From Gigantopelta aegis (Eukaryota), in assembly GCF_016097555.1 (NCBI RefSeq), contig NC_054708.1:62460537-62524536 (forward strand): a stretch of DNA of 64,000 bases, written 5' to 3'. Every line of letters begins with the position of its first letter. Positions within the stretch are counted from its first letter, which is position 1. Under the pieces are notes generated by a model. That model had not been told where the DNA came from. It saw nothing but the letters and a program-made list of their open reading frames with translations, and made no database searches. Below, piece by piece: positions 63,841 through 64,000 of this stretch. Position numbers and translations under genes: made by a program.

Positions 63841-64000
63841 TTTTCTAACTTTTTAAAACGAAATATTGTACAGTCCTCTCTAGCCCTCGCTTACAACATT
63901 CAATAAGGGGAGGACCAGAGGTGACTCGAGCTTTAGGTATCTATGCAAACCATTCACAATTTCACGTCTTTAAGCACTTTAGGCATCTATGCAAACCATT

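Overview
This window is eukaryotic, not prokaryotic. It is AT-rich, very repeat-dense and apparently gene-poor. The repeat landscape looks invertebrate and mollusc-like (tRNA-derived SINEs, Tc1/mariner, LTR and LINE elements, abundant compound dinucleotide microsatellites), but the taxon cannot be assigned from sequence alone. I found no operons, no CRISPR arrays, no rRNA genes and no intact tRNA genes; the tRNA-like segments are SINE heads. Almost every ORF in the six-frame track is either a transposable-element remnant or a translation of tandem repeat.

The main features are:
- a degenerate Tc1/mariner transposon with a frameshifted DD34E transposase (about 835-2265);
- a second, internally deleted Tc1-like copy with clean TIRs and TA flanks (27831-28650);
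- a 5' truncated non-LTR (LINE) element with RT motifs and a C-terminal Cys/His zinc-finger motif (6600-7565), plus a second LINE RT fragment (47826-48095);
- a complete but internally deleted LTR retrotransposon (18264-23945, minus strand) with ~1.13-kb LTRs, gag, CCHC knuckle, DTG protease and the start of RT. It carries a 5-bp target-site duplication GTGCT and sits inside a SINE copy;
- more than 20 copies of tRNA-derived SINEs. Two head types share one 3' body, and several copies carry 17-21-nt poly-G runs at their 5' ends, including head-to-head inverted pairs;
- a TTAA-flanked, piggyBac-like palindromic MITE family of about 380 bp (4 copies);
- a related 765-bp TTAA/TIR element, seen as a filled site in one paralogue and an empty site in the other;
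- a 4.36-kb near-identical tandem segmental duplication (30165-38873);
- a 4.2-kb satellite with a 16-bp unit (41307-45499);
- a roughly 3.03-kb higher-order tandem repeat (57640-63840). Each unit is a 106-bp satellite array plus a 1.9-kb spacer with poly-C(25-26) and decayed ORF remnants;
- a 25-bp minisatellite, a 14-bp minisatellite, and many long compound microsatellites of the form (AC)n(CT)n(TA)n.

The only hint of a host gene is a TATA-preceded ATG-to-GT segment encoding a signal-peptide-like sequence (46946-47022). That call is speculative.
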